A DNA stretch of 64,000 nucleotides from an uncultured Nitrososphaerota archaeon (GCA_963838925.1 CAWISW010000003.1:704001-768000); one strand, 5' to 3'. Shown: positions 28,945-39,350, numbered from the stretch's first letter. The notes: generated by a model not told the origin, from the letters alone. A program made the numbers and translations.

Positions 28945-29673
28945 TCACGCTCGCGCGTTCTCCTCGATCCTCTTCCTCTCCTCAGAGATCAGGTCTGTGA
29001 GCGCCGTGAAGGCCTTCCCGACCTCCTTCATCTTCACGACGATGATCGTGTCCGTGTGGCAGCTCACGGTGTCCTCGATGTTGACGTGCCGCCTCGCTAT
29101 CTGGTTGTAGAAGTTGATGAGGCACCCGGGCGTGTTGGTTATCTCCAGTGGGCTCTGGACGATGATCGCGGCGTAGTCGTCCCCCTCCTCGAGTATCGCC
29201 GAGTCGGAGAGCTTGGCCCTGACCTTCTTGTGCAGCTTCTGGTCGAAGATGAGCGTGATGTTGGACAGGCTCTCTGATACGTGAAGGAAGTCCTGCTGGT
29301 GGCTCGCGATTAAGGAGCTCACCACCTCGAGCGTCTTCCGCGTCTTCTCGACCGAGATCTTGGAGACGTTTGTCCTCACGTTGACCACGCTGTCCGCTAT
29401 TATCGCCCTTATCTCGCCGGAGGCCGGGGAGTACGTCCCCTTCAGCCTCTTGAGGGAGGTGATTATGCTCTCCACGTTGACGTCCTTCCCTAGCCGCTCC
29501 TTGATCCTGGGCTGGAGCATCCTCGATATCGCGCTGACGTTGGCGTAGTCCCTCGCCAGTGCGTCCTGGATGGAGAGGTCGTAGCTGATCTCGTCCCTGA
29601 CCGCCGCGATTATAGCGCCCGGAGTGACCGATTTCGTGTCAAGAGCACCCTGAATTGGGACGTTGCTGGCCAA
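28945..29673 (-). CDS. ACT-domain putative regulator of arginine genes
   Basis: N-terminal helical NVSAISR motif plus C-terminal ACT-like repeats; lies between carA and argG. Confidence 0.65.
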   Translation of the reverse strand: MASNVPIQGALDTKSVTPGAIIAAVRDEISYDLSIQDALARDYANVSAISRMLQPRIKERLGKDVNVESIITSLKRLKGTYSPASGEIRAIIADSVVNVRTNVSKISVEKTRKTLEVVSSLIASHQQDFLHVSESLSNITLIFDQKLHKKVRAKLSDSAILEEGDDYAAIIVQSPLEITNTPGCLINFYNQIARRHVNIEDTVSCHTDTIIVVKMKEVGKAFTALTDLISEERKRIEENARA

Positions 29674-29709
29674 AATCTATAAAAGGATTTCAGAGCCGGT
29701 CCAAAAATC

Positions 29710-30966
29710 TTGAAGCAAAAGATAGTGCTGGCCTACTCTGGAGGGCTGGACACTTCCGTCTCGATAAAGTGGCTCCAGGAGAAGTTCGGCGCAGACGTCA
29801 TCACGCTCACGCTCAACCTTGGCCAGCTCGAGGACTTTCGCGAGATCGAGGAGAGGGCCTACTCGACGGGGGCGGTCAAGCACTTCCAGATGGACGTCCG
29901 GGAGGAGTTCGTCGCAGGCTACGTCAACCCCTCGATAAAGGCCAACGGCATGTACCAGGGGAAGTATCCCCTCGCGACCGCGCTCGGGCGTCCCCTCATC
30001 GCCACCAAGCTCGTGGAGGTGGCTGAGAGCGAGGGGGCGTACGCAGTCGCCCACGGCTGCACCGGAAAGGGCAACGACCAGGTGAGGATGGACGTAACCG
30101 TGCGCTCGCTCAACCCCAGCATCAAGGTGATCGCCCCGGTACGAGAGTGGAACATGAGCCGGGACAACGAGATCATCTACGCGAAGAAGCACGGGATCAA
30201 CATAAAGCCGAAGAAGTCGATCTTCAGCACCGACCAGAACCTGTGGGGGCGGTCGATAGAGAGCGGGCCCCTGGAGGACCCGGAGACCGAGCCGCCCGCC
30301 AGCGCCTTCGAGTGGGTCTCGCCCGTCGACGCGGCGCCGGCCGCCGCCGGCCACCTCGAGATAGGCTTCGAGAGGGGCGTGCCCGTCTCGCTCAACGGGC
30401 GGAAGCTCGATGGAGTGGAACTCATCCGGCAGGTCAACGAGTTCGCGGGAAAGCACGCCTACGGGATTGTGGACCACATCGAGGACCGGCTCGTTGGGAT
30501 AAAGTCCCGCGAGGTCTACGAGTGCCCTGGGGCCCTCTCTATCATAGAGGCGCACAGGGACCTGGAGCAGCTCGTGCTCACCCGGAACGAGCTCGCGTTC
30601 AAGGCCTCCGTCGAGCGGGAGTGGTCATGGCTCGTCTACTCGGGCCTCTGGATGGAGCCCCTTCGCTTCGACCTCGACAGCTTCATCGAGAAGACCCAGC
30701 GGAGGGTGACGGGGCGGGTCAAGCTCAAGTTCCACAAGGGCAGCATGAGGGTCGTCGGCAGGTCGTCGCCGAACTCCCTCTACCGCCTGAAGCTATCGAC
30801 CTACTCCAAGGAGTCGACCTTCGACCAGAACTCGGCGGTCGGCTTCATCGAGCTCTGGGGCCTTCAGTCTCGCACGGCGGCCAACGCGATCGCGCCACGG
30901 AAGGGCGCGGACGGGGGAACAACACGTGGACAACATACTAAGAGGAAGCAGAGTCAAGCGCTCTAG
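29710..30966 (+). CDS. argG: Argininosuccinate synthase
   Basis: LAYSGGLDTS, HGCTGKGNDQVR, GIKSREVYE. Confidence 0.98.
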   Translation: MKQKIVLAYSGGLDTSVSIKWLQEKFGADVITLTLNLGQLEDFREIEERAYSTGAVKHFQMDVREEFVAGYVNPSIKANGMYQGKYPLATALGRPLIATKLVEVAESEGAYAVAHGCTGKGNDQVRMDVTVRSLNPSIKVIAPVREWNMSRDNEIIYAKKHGINIKPKKSIFSTDQNLWGRSIESGPLEDPETEPPASAFEWVSPVDAAPAAAGHLEIGFERGVPVSLNGRKLDGVELIRQVNEFAGKHAYGIVDHIEDRLVGIKSREVYECPGALSIIEAHRDLEQLVLTRNELAFKASVEREWSWLVYSGLWMEPLRFDLDSFIEKTQRRVTGRVKLKFHKGSMRVVGRSSPNSLYRLKLSTYSKESTFDQNSAVGFIELWGLQSRTAANAIAPRKGADGGTTRGQHTKRKQSQAL

Positions 30967-32416
30967 CAGGAAGGCAAGCGACTTCACGTCATCGGTCAGC
31001 TTCGACGGCCCGCTGAGCCGACACGTGGTGGCCATCAACAAGGCCCACATGCTCTCGCTGATGCGCTCGCGCGAGGTGGGGAAGAAGGAGGGGGTGGCCT
31101 GCCTCCAATTCCTCGACAAGCTCCCCGAGCGCATGAAGGTCGACCCCTCCACCGAGGACGTCCACCACTGGCTCGAGCAGAAGGCCGTCGCAACTATCGG
31201 GATGGACGCCGCCGGCTACCTGAACCTAGGGAAGAGCAGGAACGACCAGGTCGCGACCGCCCTCCGGATGGAGACCCGAGGCCGGGTGCTCCAGCTCCTC
31301 GAGGAGGGAAAGTCCCTCGAGACGTCGCTGGTGCGCGTCATGGCCCGCTACGGCCAGCTCCCGCTCCCAGGCTACACCCACCTCCAGCGCGCGCAGCCGA
31401 CCACCGTCGGCCACCACATGCAGTCGCACTTCGAGGCCACAGCAGAGGACACCGAGCGCCTGACGCAGCTCTACGGGCGCGTTAACCTCTCCCCCATGGG
31501 GGCGGCGGCGTTCGCGGGCACCTCCGTGAAGGTGGACCGGGCCTTGGTCGCAGGCTTGCTAGGGTTCGACGGCCTCGTCAACAACTCCATGTTCGCGGTC
31601 TCCTCGCGGAGCTTCGTCCTCGAGACCCTCGCAGACCTGGAGATCCTCATGGTCGACCTCAGCAAGATCGCGGAGGAGCTCATCCTGTGGAGCTCGAGCG
31701 AGTTCGGCTTCGTCGAGCTAGGCGACGAGTACTCCGCCACGAGCAGCATCATGCCCCAGAAGAAGAACCCGGTCGTGGCCGAGACCATCCGCGCGAAGTG
31801 CGGCTCGGTGATAGGGGAGGCCACGGCGGCCTTCACGATAGCCAAGGCGCTGCCCAACGCGTACAACCTCGACCTCCAGGAGATCACGCCGCACCTCTGG
31901 CGGGCCCTCGACGACGCCACCTCGTCCGTCTCGCTCATGGCGGGGATGCTCGCCACCGCCGAGTTCCAGGGAGGGAAGCTCAAGGACGCGGTCGCCGGGG
32001 ACATGTCGACCGCGACCGAGCTCGCCAACGAGCTCGTCCGGGCGGAAGGCGTCCCGTTCCGCCAAGCCCACCAGATAGTTGGCGAGCTCGTGCGCATAGC
32101 CGTCGAGAAGGAGATGTCCCTCGAGGACTCCGCCGACGAGTTCCTAGCCGAGGTAAGCAAGAAGGTGACGGGCCGAGCGATAAAGATTGATAAAGCGCGT
32201 CTTCGGGCCGTGCTCGATGCACTCAAAACCCTGATGCTTATCGGAAGCGCCGGCGGAGCGAACCCAAAGTTCGCAAAGCGGCAGGCAGTGCAGAACAAGA
32301 AAGAGATAGAAAGACTTAGCATTTGGCTCGTAGAGAAAGAGAACAAACTCAATGAATCCAGGACCAGTCTCCGCCACGAAGTGCGCTCGTATCTGAAACG
32401 CGAGGTGAGAAGCTAG
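30926..32416 (+). CDS. argH: Argininosuccinate lyase
   Basis: KSRNDQVAT, PGYTHLQRAQP, SSIMPQKKNP. Confidence 0.96.
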   Translation: MDNILRGSRVKRSSRKASDFTSSVSFDGPLSRHVVAINKAHMLSLMRSREVGKKEGVACLQFLDKLPERMKVDPSTEDVHHWLEQKAVATIGMDAAGYLNLGKSRNDQVATALRMETRGRVLQLLEEGKSLETSLVRVMARYGQLPLPGYTHLQRAQPTTVGHHMQSHFEATAEDTERLTQLYGRVNLSPMGAAAFAGTSVKVDRALVAGLLGFDGLVNNSMFAVSSRSFVLETLADLEILMVDLSKIAEELILWSSSEFGFVELGDEYSATSSIMPQKKNPVVAETIRAKCGSVIGEATAAFTIAKALPNAYNLDLQEITPHLWRALDDATSSVSLMAGMLATAEFQGGKLKDAVAGDMSTATELANELVRAEGVPFRQAHQIVGELVRIAVEKEMSLEDSADEFLAEVSKKVTGRAIKIDKARLRAVLDALKTLMLIGSAGGANPKFAKRQAVQNKKEIERLSIWLVEKENKLNESRTSLRHEVRSYLKREVRS

Positions 32417-32590
32417 CTGAAGACAAAATGTGAAGAGTGCGATGCAGACATCAACGTCCCAGACGACGCCATCGTCGGAGAGATAGTGAAGTGCAAGGAG
32501 TGCAGCTCCGACTACGAGGTGGAGTCGATATCCAAGGGCGTCGTCAAGCTCAAGCCGGCAGAGGTCGCCGAGGAAGACTGGGGCGAATAG
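32417..32590 (+). CDS. lysW: LysW/ArgW amino-group carrier protein (CTG start)
   Basis: (M)KTKCEECDA...CKECSS...EEDWGE*; SD-like GAGGTGA at 32402-32408; absent from the ORF track. Confidence 0.92.
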   Translation: MKTKCEECDADINVPDDAIVGEIVKCKECSSDYEVESISKGVVKLKPAEVAEEDWGE

Positions 32591-32596
32591 ACTAGA

Positions 32597-33454
32597 TTGA
32601 AGCTCGCAATCACCTTCGACAGGCTCCGCCTCGAGGAGAAGGAGCTGCAGAAGGAGGCACAGAAGGCCGGGTGCAAGTCGGAGCTCATCGACGTAAGGAA
32701 GCTCTCGTTCAACATCACAGGGAAGAAGATGGGCAACGGCTTCGGCGACGTCGTTCTCCAGAGGTGCATAAGCTACTACCGCTCCATCTTCCTAGCCCGG
32801 ATCCTCGAGAACTTCGGGGTCCACGTGATCAACTCGACCAAGGTCTCTGAGGCGTGCGGGAACAAGCTGGTCACCTCGATGCTCCTGGCGAAGGCCGGCG
32901 TCCCGACCCCGAAGACCTACGTCGCCCTCGATGCCGAGTCCGTGTTCGAGACGGCCGAGAAGGTGGGATACCCCGTGGTCATCAAGCCCTTCACGGGCAG
33001 CTGGGGCCGGATGGTGGACATCGCCAAGGAGCCGCAGACCCTCGGGACGATAGTGGAGTACCGAGAATCGATGCAGAGCCCGGTCGAGCACATGTACTAC
33101 ATCCAGGAGTTCGTAAAGCGGCCGCCGCGCGACATCCGGCTCATCGTCGCGGGCGACGAGGTGATCGCCTCGGTCTACAGGAACGCCCCGAAGGGAGATT
33201 GGCGCACGAACGTGGCGAGGGGGGGCACCACGACCAGTTTCAGGCTCAACAAGGAGATAGAGGACATCACGCTGAGGGCAGCGAAGGCTGTGGGCGGAGG
33301 GATCCTGGGAGTCGACGCAATGGAGTCCAAGGACGCGGGCTACACCGTCCACGAGGTCAACAACACCGTGGAGTTCAAGGGAGCGCAGGTCGCCACGGAG
33401 CACAGAATCGCCAAGAAGATAATCGACTATGTGATCCGGGAGGCCAAGAGATAA
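32597..33454 (+). CDS. argX: Glutamate--LysW ligase (RimK-like ATP-grasp)
   Basis: GSWGR; WRTNVARGG and EFKG are ArgX-type signatures; follows argH-lysW. Confidence 0.85.
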   Translation: MKLAITFDRLRLEEKELQKEAQKAGCKSELIDVRKLSFNITGKKMGNGFGDVVLQRCISYYRSIFLARILENFGVHVINSTKVSEACGNKLVTSMLLAKAGVPTPKTYVALDAESVFETAEKVGYPVVIKPFTGSWGRMVDIAKEPQTLGTIVEYRESMQSPVEHMYYIQEFVKRPPRDIRLIVAGDEVIASVYRNAPKGDWRTNVARGGTTTSFRLNKEIEDITLRAAKAVGGGILGVDAMESKDAGYTVHEVNNTVEFKGAQVATEHRIAKKIIDYVIREAKR

Positions 33455-34515
33455 TGGTCCGCGTCGGAGTCCTGGGGGCGTCAGGCTACGCCGGAGGCGA
33501 GCTCCTGCGGCTCCTCCTCGAGCACGGCAAGGTGGAGCTGGCGTTCGCGAGCTCGCGGAGATACGCGGGCGAGTACCTGTTCCGGGTCCACCCCAACCTG
33601 AGGGGCGTCACCGAGATGCAGTTCGTGGGCAACGACCTCTCCAAGATATCGGGAGGGGCGGACCTGATCTTCACCGCGCTCCCTCACGGGGAGTCGATGA
33701 AGTTCCTGCCGCAGCTGATCAAGACCGGCGTGAAGGTGGTCGACCTGAGCGCCGACTTCCGCCTGAAGAACCCGGCAGACTACGAGACGTGGTACGGGTT
33801 CAAGCACCCAGCCCCGGAGATGCTCGAGAAGTTCGTGTACGCCGTCCCTGAGCTCAACAAGGACGAGATCAAGGGCGCCAGCCTCTCAGCTTCGCCGGGG
33901 TGCATGGCGATCACGTCGATCCTCGCGCTCGCGCCGCTCTTCAAGCAGAAGGAAGTGAAGATAGACAAGGACCACGTAGTGGTGGACGCGAAGATAGCGT
34001 CGTCCGGCTCGGGAGGCAAGCCCTCCCTCGCCACCCACTTCTCCGAGAGGTACGGGGTCGTCCGGCCGTACAAGCCCGTCGGGCACAGGCACAGCGGGGA
34101 GATCGAGCAGGTGATGAGCGGGCTCTCGGGCTCGAAGGTCACGGTCTCGATGTCTGCGCACGCAATCAACATGGTGCGCGGGATACTCTCGACATGCCAC
34201 GTCTTCTACGAGGGCGACATCCAGAACTCCACCGTCTGGAAGATGTATCGCTCGCTCTACAACGGCCAGCCGTTCATCCGCATGATCAAGGACAAGCAGG
34301 GGCCGTTCCGGCTGCCAGACCCCAAGGTCGTCATCGGCTCGAACTTCTGCGACATCGGGTTCGAGATCGACGAGCGGGGGCACCGGATAGTCGCGATAGG
34401 GGCCATCGACAACCTGCTCAAGGGGGCCGCGGGCAACGCTGTGCAGGTGATGAACCTCATGCTGGGCTTCGACGAGAAGCAGGGGATATCCGCCGCCCCG
34501 CTCCACCCGGTGTAG
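33454..34515 (+). CDS. lysY: LysW-gamma-aminoacyl-phosphate reductase
   Basis: GASGYAGGEL, DLSADFR, PGC, DNLLKGAAG; ATG at 33454. Confidence 0.93.
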   Translation: MVRVGVLGASGYAGGELLRLLLEHGKVELAFASSRRYAGEYLFRVHPNLRGVTEMQFVGNDLSKISGGADLIFTALPHGESMKFLPQLIKTGVKVVDLSADFRLKNPADYETWYGFKHPAPEMLEKFVYAVPELNKDEIKGASLSASPGCMAITSILALAPLFKQKEVKIDKDHVVVDAKIASSGSGGKPSLATHFSERYGVVRPYKPVGHRHSGEIEQVMSGLSGSKVTVSMSAHAINMVRGILSTCHVFYEGDIQNSTVWKMYRSLYNGQPFIRMIKDKQGPFRLPDPKVVIGSNFCDIGFEIDERGHRIVAIGAIDNLLKGAAGNAVQVMNLMLGFDEKQGISAAPLHPV

Positions 34516-34518
34516 TCC

Positions 34519-35331
34519 ATGAGGACAGTCGTGAAGCTGGGCGGAGACATCGTCAAGGGAGAGATACCGCCAGACCTCTTGGCCGACCTGAAGAAGCTAG
34601 TCCAGACCAACCAGGTCGTCCTCGTCCACGGAGGCGGGGATGTCGTGACGGAGATCGCCACCAAGCTGGGCAAGGAGCAGCGCTTCGTCGTCTCCCCCGA
34701 CGGGATGAAGAGCAGGTACACCGACAGGGCGACCGTCGAGATATTCACAATGGTCATGTGCGGGCTCATCGCGAAGAAGCTGGTCGAGATCCTCCAGCGC
34801 GGCGGGATCAGCGCGGTCTCGCTCTCCGGGCTTGACGGCGGCGTGCTGCGGGCGACGAGGAAGAAGAAGCTCCTGATCGTGGACGAGCGGGGACGGAAGG
34901 TGGCGATCGAGGGCGGCTACACCGGCAAGATGCAGTCGGCGGGCGGGCCGGTTGTCGAGGCGCTCCTGGAGCGCGGGGTGGTCCCCGTAATCTCTCCCGT
35001 GGCCATGGGAGAGGAGGCTGAGCCGCTCAACGTCGACTCGGACAGGGCGGCGGCCTTCATGGCGATGGGCGTCCACGCCGACTCGGTCCTCTTCCTGACC
35101 GACGTCAAGGGCTTCATGATGGACGGGAAGGTGGTCGAGAAGCTGACCCCGGAGGCCGCGCGCGAGCTCCTCCCCAAGACCGGGTTCGGCATGCAGAAGA
35201 AGATACTCGCCGGCGTCGAGGCCGTGGAGGCGGGCGTAGGCGAGGCCATAATAGCGTCTGGGTTCGGCCCAGAGCCTCTCTCAAACGCCCTTATGCACAA
35301 GGGCTGCACGGTCATGTCAAGGGCACAGTGA
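34519..35331 (+). CDS. lysZ: LysW-aminoadipate/glutamate kinase
   Basis: VVKLGG, VHGGG, SRYTD, NVDSDRAA. Confidence 0.92.
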   Translation: MRTVVKLGGDIVKGEIPPDLLADLKKLVQTNQVVLVHGGGDVVTEIATKLGKEQRFVVSPDGMKSRYTDRATVEIFTMVMCGLIAKKLVEILQRGGISAVSLSGLDGGVLRATRKKKLLIVDERGRKVAIEGGYTGKMQSAGGPVVEALLERGVVPVISPVAMGEEAEPLNVDSDRAAAFMAMGVHADSVLFLTDVKGFMMDGKVVEKLTPEAARELLPKTGFGMQKKILAGVEAVEAGVGEAIIASGFGPEPLSNALMHKGCTVMSRAQ

Positions 35332-36560
35332 TAGAGTTGGCAACCAAGAAGAAGCTCGACATCATAGCGACCGAGGACGCCCACGGCCCTCACACGTACC
35401 AGAAGTTCCCCGTGGCCATAGTCCGCGGCAAGGGGGCGCTCGTCTGGGACGACAAGGGGCGCGAGTACGTGGACTGCATGGGCGGCTACGGGGTCGCAAT
35501 CGTGGGCCACACCAACGACAAGGTCGTCGCCGCGATAAAGCGCCAGGCCGAGACGCTGATAACGTGCCACGGCTCGCTCTACAACGACGCGCGAGCCGAG
35601 TTCCTCGAGACGCTCACGTCCTGCTCCCCGAAGGGCCTCGACGCGGCGTTCCTCTCGAACAGCGGGGCGGAGGCGGTCGAGGTCGCGATAAAGATCGGGA
35701 GGAAATTCACCGGGAAGAAGGGCCTGATCGCGATGAAGGGAGCCTACCACGGAAAGACCGCCGGGGCGCTCTCGGCCACCTGGAGCAAGAGATACCGCGA
35801 GCCCTTCGAGCCGCTCCTACAGGGAGTGAAGCACGTCGAGAACGGCGACCTGGGGGCCCTCGAAAGGGAGATCGACTCGGACGTCGGGGCGGTCATCATA
35901 GAGCCCATCCAGGGCGAGGGCGGCATCGTCCTCCCGCCCAAGGGCTTCCTCCGCGGGGTCCGCGAGATCTGCGACAGGAAGGGCCTCCTGCTGATAGCCG
36001 ACGAGATCCAGACGGGGCTGGGAAGGACTGGGAAGCTCTGGGCGATGGAGAACTGGGGCGTCGTACCGGACATCATGACCGTGGCCAAGGGACTGGCGGG
36101 CGGCGTCCCAATAGGCGCCACTGTGACGAGGGCCGACATCCTAGACTCGCTGAAGAAGGGCGAGGCGACGAGCACTTTCGGGGGCAACCCGCTCGCTTGC
36201 GCCGCCGGGACGGCCACTCTTCGATACATCTTGGACAACGACCTTCCGGCGATGGCCAAGAAGAAGGGTAAGCTCTACCTGGACAAGCTCAAGGCGATGG
36301 GCGAGGAGCACCAGATCACGAGGGAGGCGAGGGGGCTGGGCCTCATGCTTGCCTTCGAGCTCAGGGTCGACATCCAGGAGCTGCTGAACGAGTCCATGAC
36401 GATGGGCGCGATCTTCACCTACTCCGGTCGCACGATAGTCAGGATGCTCCCCCCGCTTGTCATCACCGAGCGGCAGATCGAAAAGTCAGTCAAGATACTC
36501 GGGGATGCCGTCGGAGCAGAGGAGAAGCGGCGCTCCAGCGGCGGTGGCGGCGTTGGATAA
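35328..36560 (+). CDS. lysJ: LysW-semialdehyde aminotransferase (class III)
   Basis: DEIQTGLGRTG, AKGLAGG, TFGGNP. Confidence 0.92.
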   Translation: MIELATKKKLDIIATEDAHGPHTYQKFPVAIVRGKGALVWDDKGREYVDCMGGYGVAIVGHTNDKVVAAIKRQAETLITCHGSLYNDARAEFLETLTSCSPKGLDAAFLSNSGAEAVEVAIKIGRKFTGKKGLIAMKGAYHGKTAGALSATWSKRYREPFEPLLQGVKHVENGDLGALEREIDSDVGAVIIEPIQGEGGIVLPPKGFLRGVREICDRKGLLLIADEIQTGLGRTGKLWAMENWGVVPDIMTVAKGLAGGVPIGATVTRADILDSLKKGEATSTFGGNPLACAAGTATLRYILDNDLPAMAKKKGKLYLDKLKAMGEEHQITREARGLGLMLAFELRVDIQELLNESMTMGAIFTYSGRTIVRMLPPLVITERQIEKSVKILGDAVGAEEKRRSSGGGGVG

Positions 36561-36969
36561 GACCGACGAGCAGATACTACAGATACTAAGACAGGACTCG
36601 AGGGCGGCGTTCGTCGACATCGCGACCCGGGTCGGCCTCTCGGAGGCCGCCGTCAGGAGGAGGGTCTCGAACCTGGTCAAGGAGGGCACCATCAGGAGGT
36701 TCACCATCGACGTCGACGAGCCCCAGACCGCGACGAGCGCCATCACCTACGTGTCGGTCAGCCCATCCGCGCCCACCGCTGACGTCAGCAAGAAGCTGAA
36801 ATCAGTGAAGGGGGTCGAGACCATCTACGAGACGACCGGCTCCTTCGACATCGCCGCGATAATCAAGGGCGAGAGCATCGCGGAGGTGAACAAGTCCGTC
36901 GAGGAGATCAGGAGGCTCGACGGCGTGCTCAAGACAGAGACTACGATAATCCTGCGGACGATAAGGTAG
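36553..36969 (+). CDS. lysM: Lrp/AsnC regulator (LysM type)
   Basis: DKTDEQILQIL...GLSEAAVRRRV HTH and RAM domain; TTG at 36553. Confidence 0.85.
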   Translation: MDKTDEQILQILRQDSRAAFVDIATRVGLSEAAVRRRVSNLVKEGTIRRFTIDVDEPQTATSAITYVSVSPSAPTADVSKKLKSVKGVETIYETTGSFDIAAIIKGESIAEVNKSVEEIRRLDGVLKTETTIILRTIR

Positions 36970-36997
36970 GTCGAGGGAGACCGCCCTTCGCCCGCGC

Positions 36998-38419
36998 TCA
37001 GCCGTCGCTCGGGTAGACCTCGGACACGGGCATGCTAATCACCCGGCCGCCTTGTCCGGCGACGATCACTTCCTGGCCTGCGAATACAACGTTGCCAGGC
37101 CCGAGCCCGGCTCCCACATCGGTCGTCTTCAGGAGCGCTCCTGTGGTCGGGTTCAGGACGAACATCATGCCGGCGCTGTTCACAATCGAAAGGTATCCCT
37201 CGAACACGTTGGCGTTGGAGGTGTCCGGGCCGGTCTTGAAGCTCCACAGCAGCGCGCCGCTGGACGCATTGACCGCGTAGAGCGTCCCGCTCTCCGTAGG
37301 GTCGGAATAGACGATGCCGTTCCAGACAGTGAGGGGCGGGACCTGAATGGCAGGAGGATGCGCGCCCGCCCCCTCATTGAATTGCCAGAGCACTCGACCG
37401 TCGCTCGCGTTCATGGCGAAGAGGACTGGCTGCAACAGCCCAGTGCTCGTCACGAGCGTGTACCCTGAAACCACCGTGTCGTTCCAGATGGCCGGCGAAC
37501 AGTCGTCCAGCCCGCTGTTAGCCGTCGTCTGAGTGCGCCACGAAATCTGACCAGAGGTCGCATTCACAGAGTAAAAGTCGAAGGGATCAGCCGCCCCGAA
37601 GTAGATCGAGTCGCCCGAGAGCGCCGGAGATGACATGCTCACGTAGGAGCCCTTCGGGAGCGCCGCGTTCCACTCGTCCTGCCCGGTGAGCGGGTCCAGG
37701 GCGTACACGACTCCGTCTCCGTTCGCCCCAATCACCAGGCCATGCGAAATCACAGGGGTGGGCATGTCTTCGCCGCTCGTGGCGTACGTCCACACCACCT
37801 GGCCGTTCGAGGCGTTCAACGCCGCTACGTAGTTTGTCCCCGTCCCCCTCACCTGCGGCGAGGTGCTCTCGAAGACCTTGTTTCCTAGGCCGATCACGAC
37901 GAGGCCGTCGTAGGTTAGAGGCTGGGTCATCATCTGGTTTGGTACCGTTGTCTTCCACACCATCTCGCCGGTCTGCATGTCGATCGCGGCCACCCCGCCC
38001 GAATATTGCGCCATGCCCGAACCTGACATGCCCGAGAGGTCTGCTAGCAGCAGCCCGTCGTAGACGGTCGGGGGTGCGATGACGGAGGCGCCCAGGGTCA
38101 TGTTCAGCGTGGCCATCTCGCCGTCCCAGGTGTAGTTGTACACGTGGGCGCTAGTCCCTTCGAATTGCAGGGCTCCTCCTCCGAGCCCCGGAACTAGCTG
38201 AAAGGAGGAATAGTCCGTCGTCTGCGCCGCAGGCATGTCGGATGACGAGGGGGCCATCCAGGGCATGGTGTCGCTCATGGTCGTGGCTGTGCCCGTGGTC
38301 CCTCTCGTGAGGCTGAGGGGCAGGACGACGAGGGTGGTCACAGCTAGCAGCAGCAGGGTGACCGTCCACTCAGCCCTAGCGACTCTGGGCCTGACGAAGC
38401 TCCGCCGAGGGATGTCCAT
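36998..38419 (-). CDS. PQQ-like (BamB-type) beta-propeller repeat secreted protein
   Basis: Repeated VYALD/AxTGxxxW motifs and N-terminal TM; start uncertain (38419-38518). Confidence 0.8.
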   Translation of the reverse strand: MDIPRRSFVRPRVARAEWTVTLLLLAVTTLVVLPLSLTRGTTGTATTMSDTMPWMAPSSSDMPAAQTTDYSSFQLVPGLGGGALQFEGTSAHVYNYTWDGEMATLNMTLGASVIAPPTVYDGLLLADLSGMSGSGMAQYSGGVAAIDMQTGEMVWKTTVPNQMMTQPLTYDGLVVIGLGNKVFESTSPQVRGTGTNYVAALNASNGQVVWTYATSGEDMPTPVISHGLVIGANGDGVVYALDPLTGQDEWNAALPKGSYVSMSSPALSGDSIYFGAADPFDFYSVNATSGQISWRTQTTANSGLDDCSPAIWNDTVVSGYTLVTSTGLLQPVLFAMNASDGRVLWQFNEGAGAHPPAIQVPPLTVWNGIVYSDPTESGTLYAVNASSGALLWSFKTGPDTSNANVFEGYLSIVNSAGMMFVLNPTTGALLKTTDVGAGLGPGNVVFAGQEVIVAGQGGRVISMPVSEVYPSDG

Positions 38420-38570
38420 GGTCAGCGACAGCCACGGCGAGTAGGCGGCCTGATAAATCTCTAGCATCCTCAACCGAAGAGGCGACCCCACCTTCGCCAT
38501 CACAAACGCGCTTTTCAACCGAGCAAGGGCTTGAGTTTATCACGCCGCTCCGGTAGGAGGGATAGAGAGG

Positions 38571-39350
38571 ATGAATCCTCGACAGGCTCAGGTCGCACTC
38601 GCAATCTTGGTGATACTCCCCATGATACTCATCGTCTACTCGGAGAGCGTGGCCGACCCTGAATCGACGTTCGCCTGGATATACGGCGGGCTCGTGATAG
38701 GCGAGACCCTGGTCCTGCTCTCGTTTGCAATGCTCCTCGCTCGCCTGTCCACCCGAAATCCTGGCTCCTTCCTGGCACGCAGAGTTCAGCTGCCCCGGCC
38801 AGTCAGGGTCATTGCGATGCTGTCCCTGCTCGCCGGGCTTTGCGTCCTCGCGTTCTGGGTCATGGTCGACCTCCTGAGCGGTTACCACAGCTTTCCAGCC
38901 TACTCGTTTGCCGCTCACCCCCTCACGCTCGCGATCTACAACGACATGGGGCTGGGCAGCCTGCCCCTTCCCGACAAGAACCGCGCCCTCGGATTGCTGT
39001 CCTTCGGCGTCGCGGTGCTGTGTTTCATCGCGCTCCGGGCGGAGAAGGGCATCGGAGTCGCCGTGAGGGACGGATTGCTGTTCTTCGCCGCCCCCATCAT
39101 GATCGTCTTCGAGCTCGCGCTCTGGTATTTCGCTCCGGCTGAGATGTACTGGCACGCGACCACCTTCGTTCCTTGGTCCCTCGGTAGGTACCTCACCCCC
39201 GCGCAGTTCCTTGACGTGACGTACTCGCGCCTCACTTTCGTCTGGGGAGGGAACGTCTATCTCATGAGCAACTGGCTCGTGCTGCTTTCAGCCTCCTCGC
39301 TCTTCGCACTCGGCGTAGCGCGCGCCTGGCGCCGAACACACCCGGCGTGA
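38571..39350 (+). CDS. Multi-pass membrane hypothetical protein
   Basis: About six hydrophobic segments. Confidence 0.65.
   Translation: MNPRQAQVALAILVILPMILIVYSESVADPESTFAWIYGGLVIGETLVLLSFAMLLARLSTRNPGSFLARRVQLPRPVRVIAMLSLLAGLCVLAFWVMVDLLSGYHSFPAYSFAAHPLTLAIYNDMGLGSLPLPDKNRALGLLSFGVAVLCFIALRAEKGIGVAVRDGLLFFAAPIMIVFELALWYFAPAEMYWHATTFVPWSLGRYLTPAQFLDVTYSRLTFVWGGNVYLMSNWLVLLSASSLFALGVARAWRRTHPA

Noticed and set aside
32854-33453. 200-aa N-terminal extension of LysY in the ORF track (likewise the extensions on the Asn synthetase-like, lplA and Sm ORFs)
   Set aside because: It overlaps the neighbouring gene in another frame; homology starts at the downstream start codon
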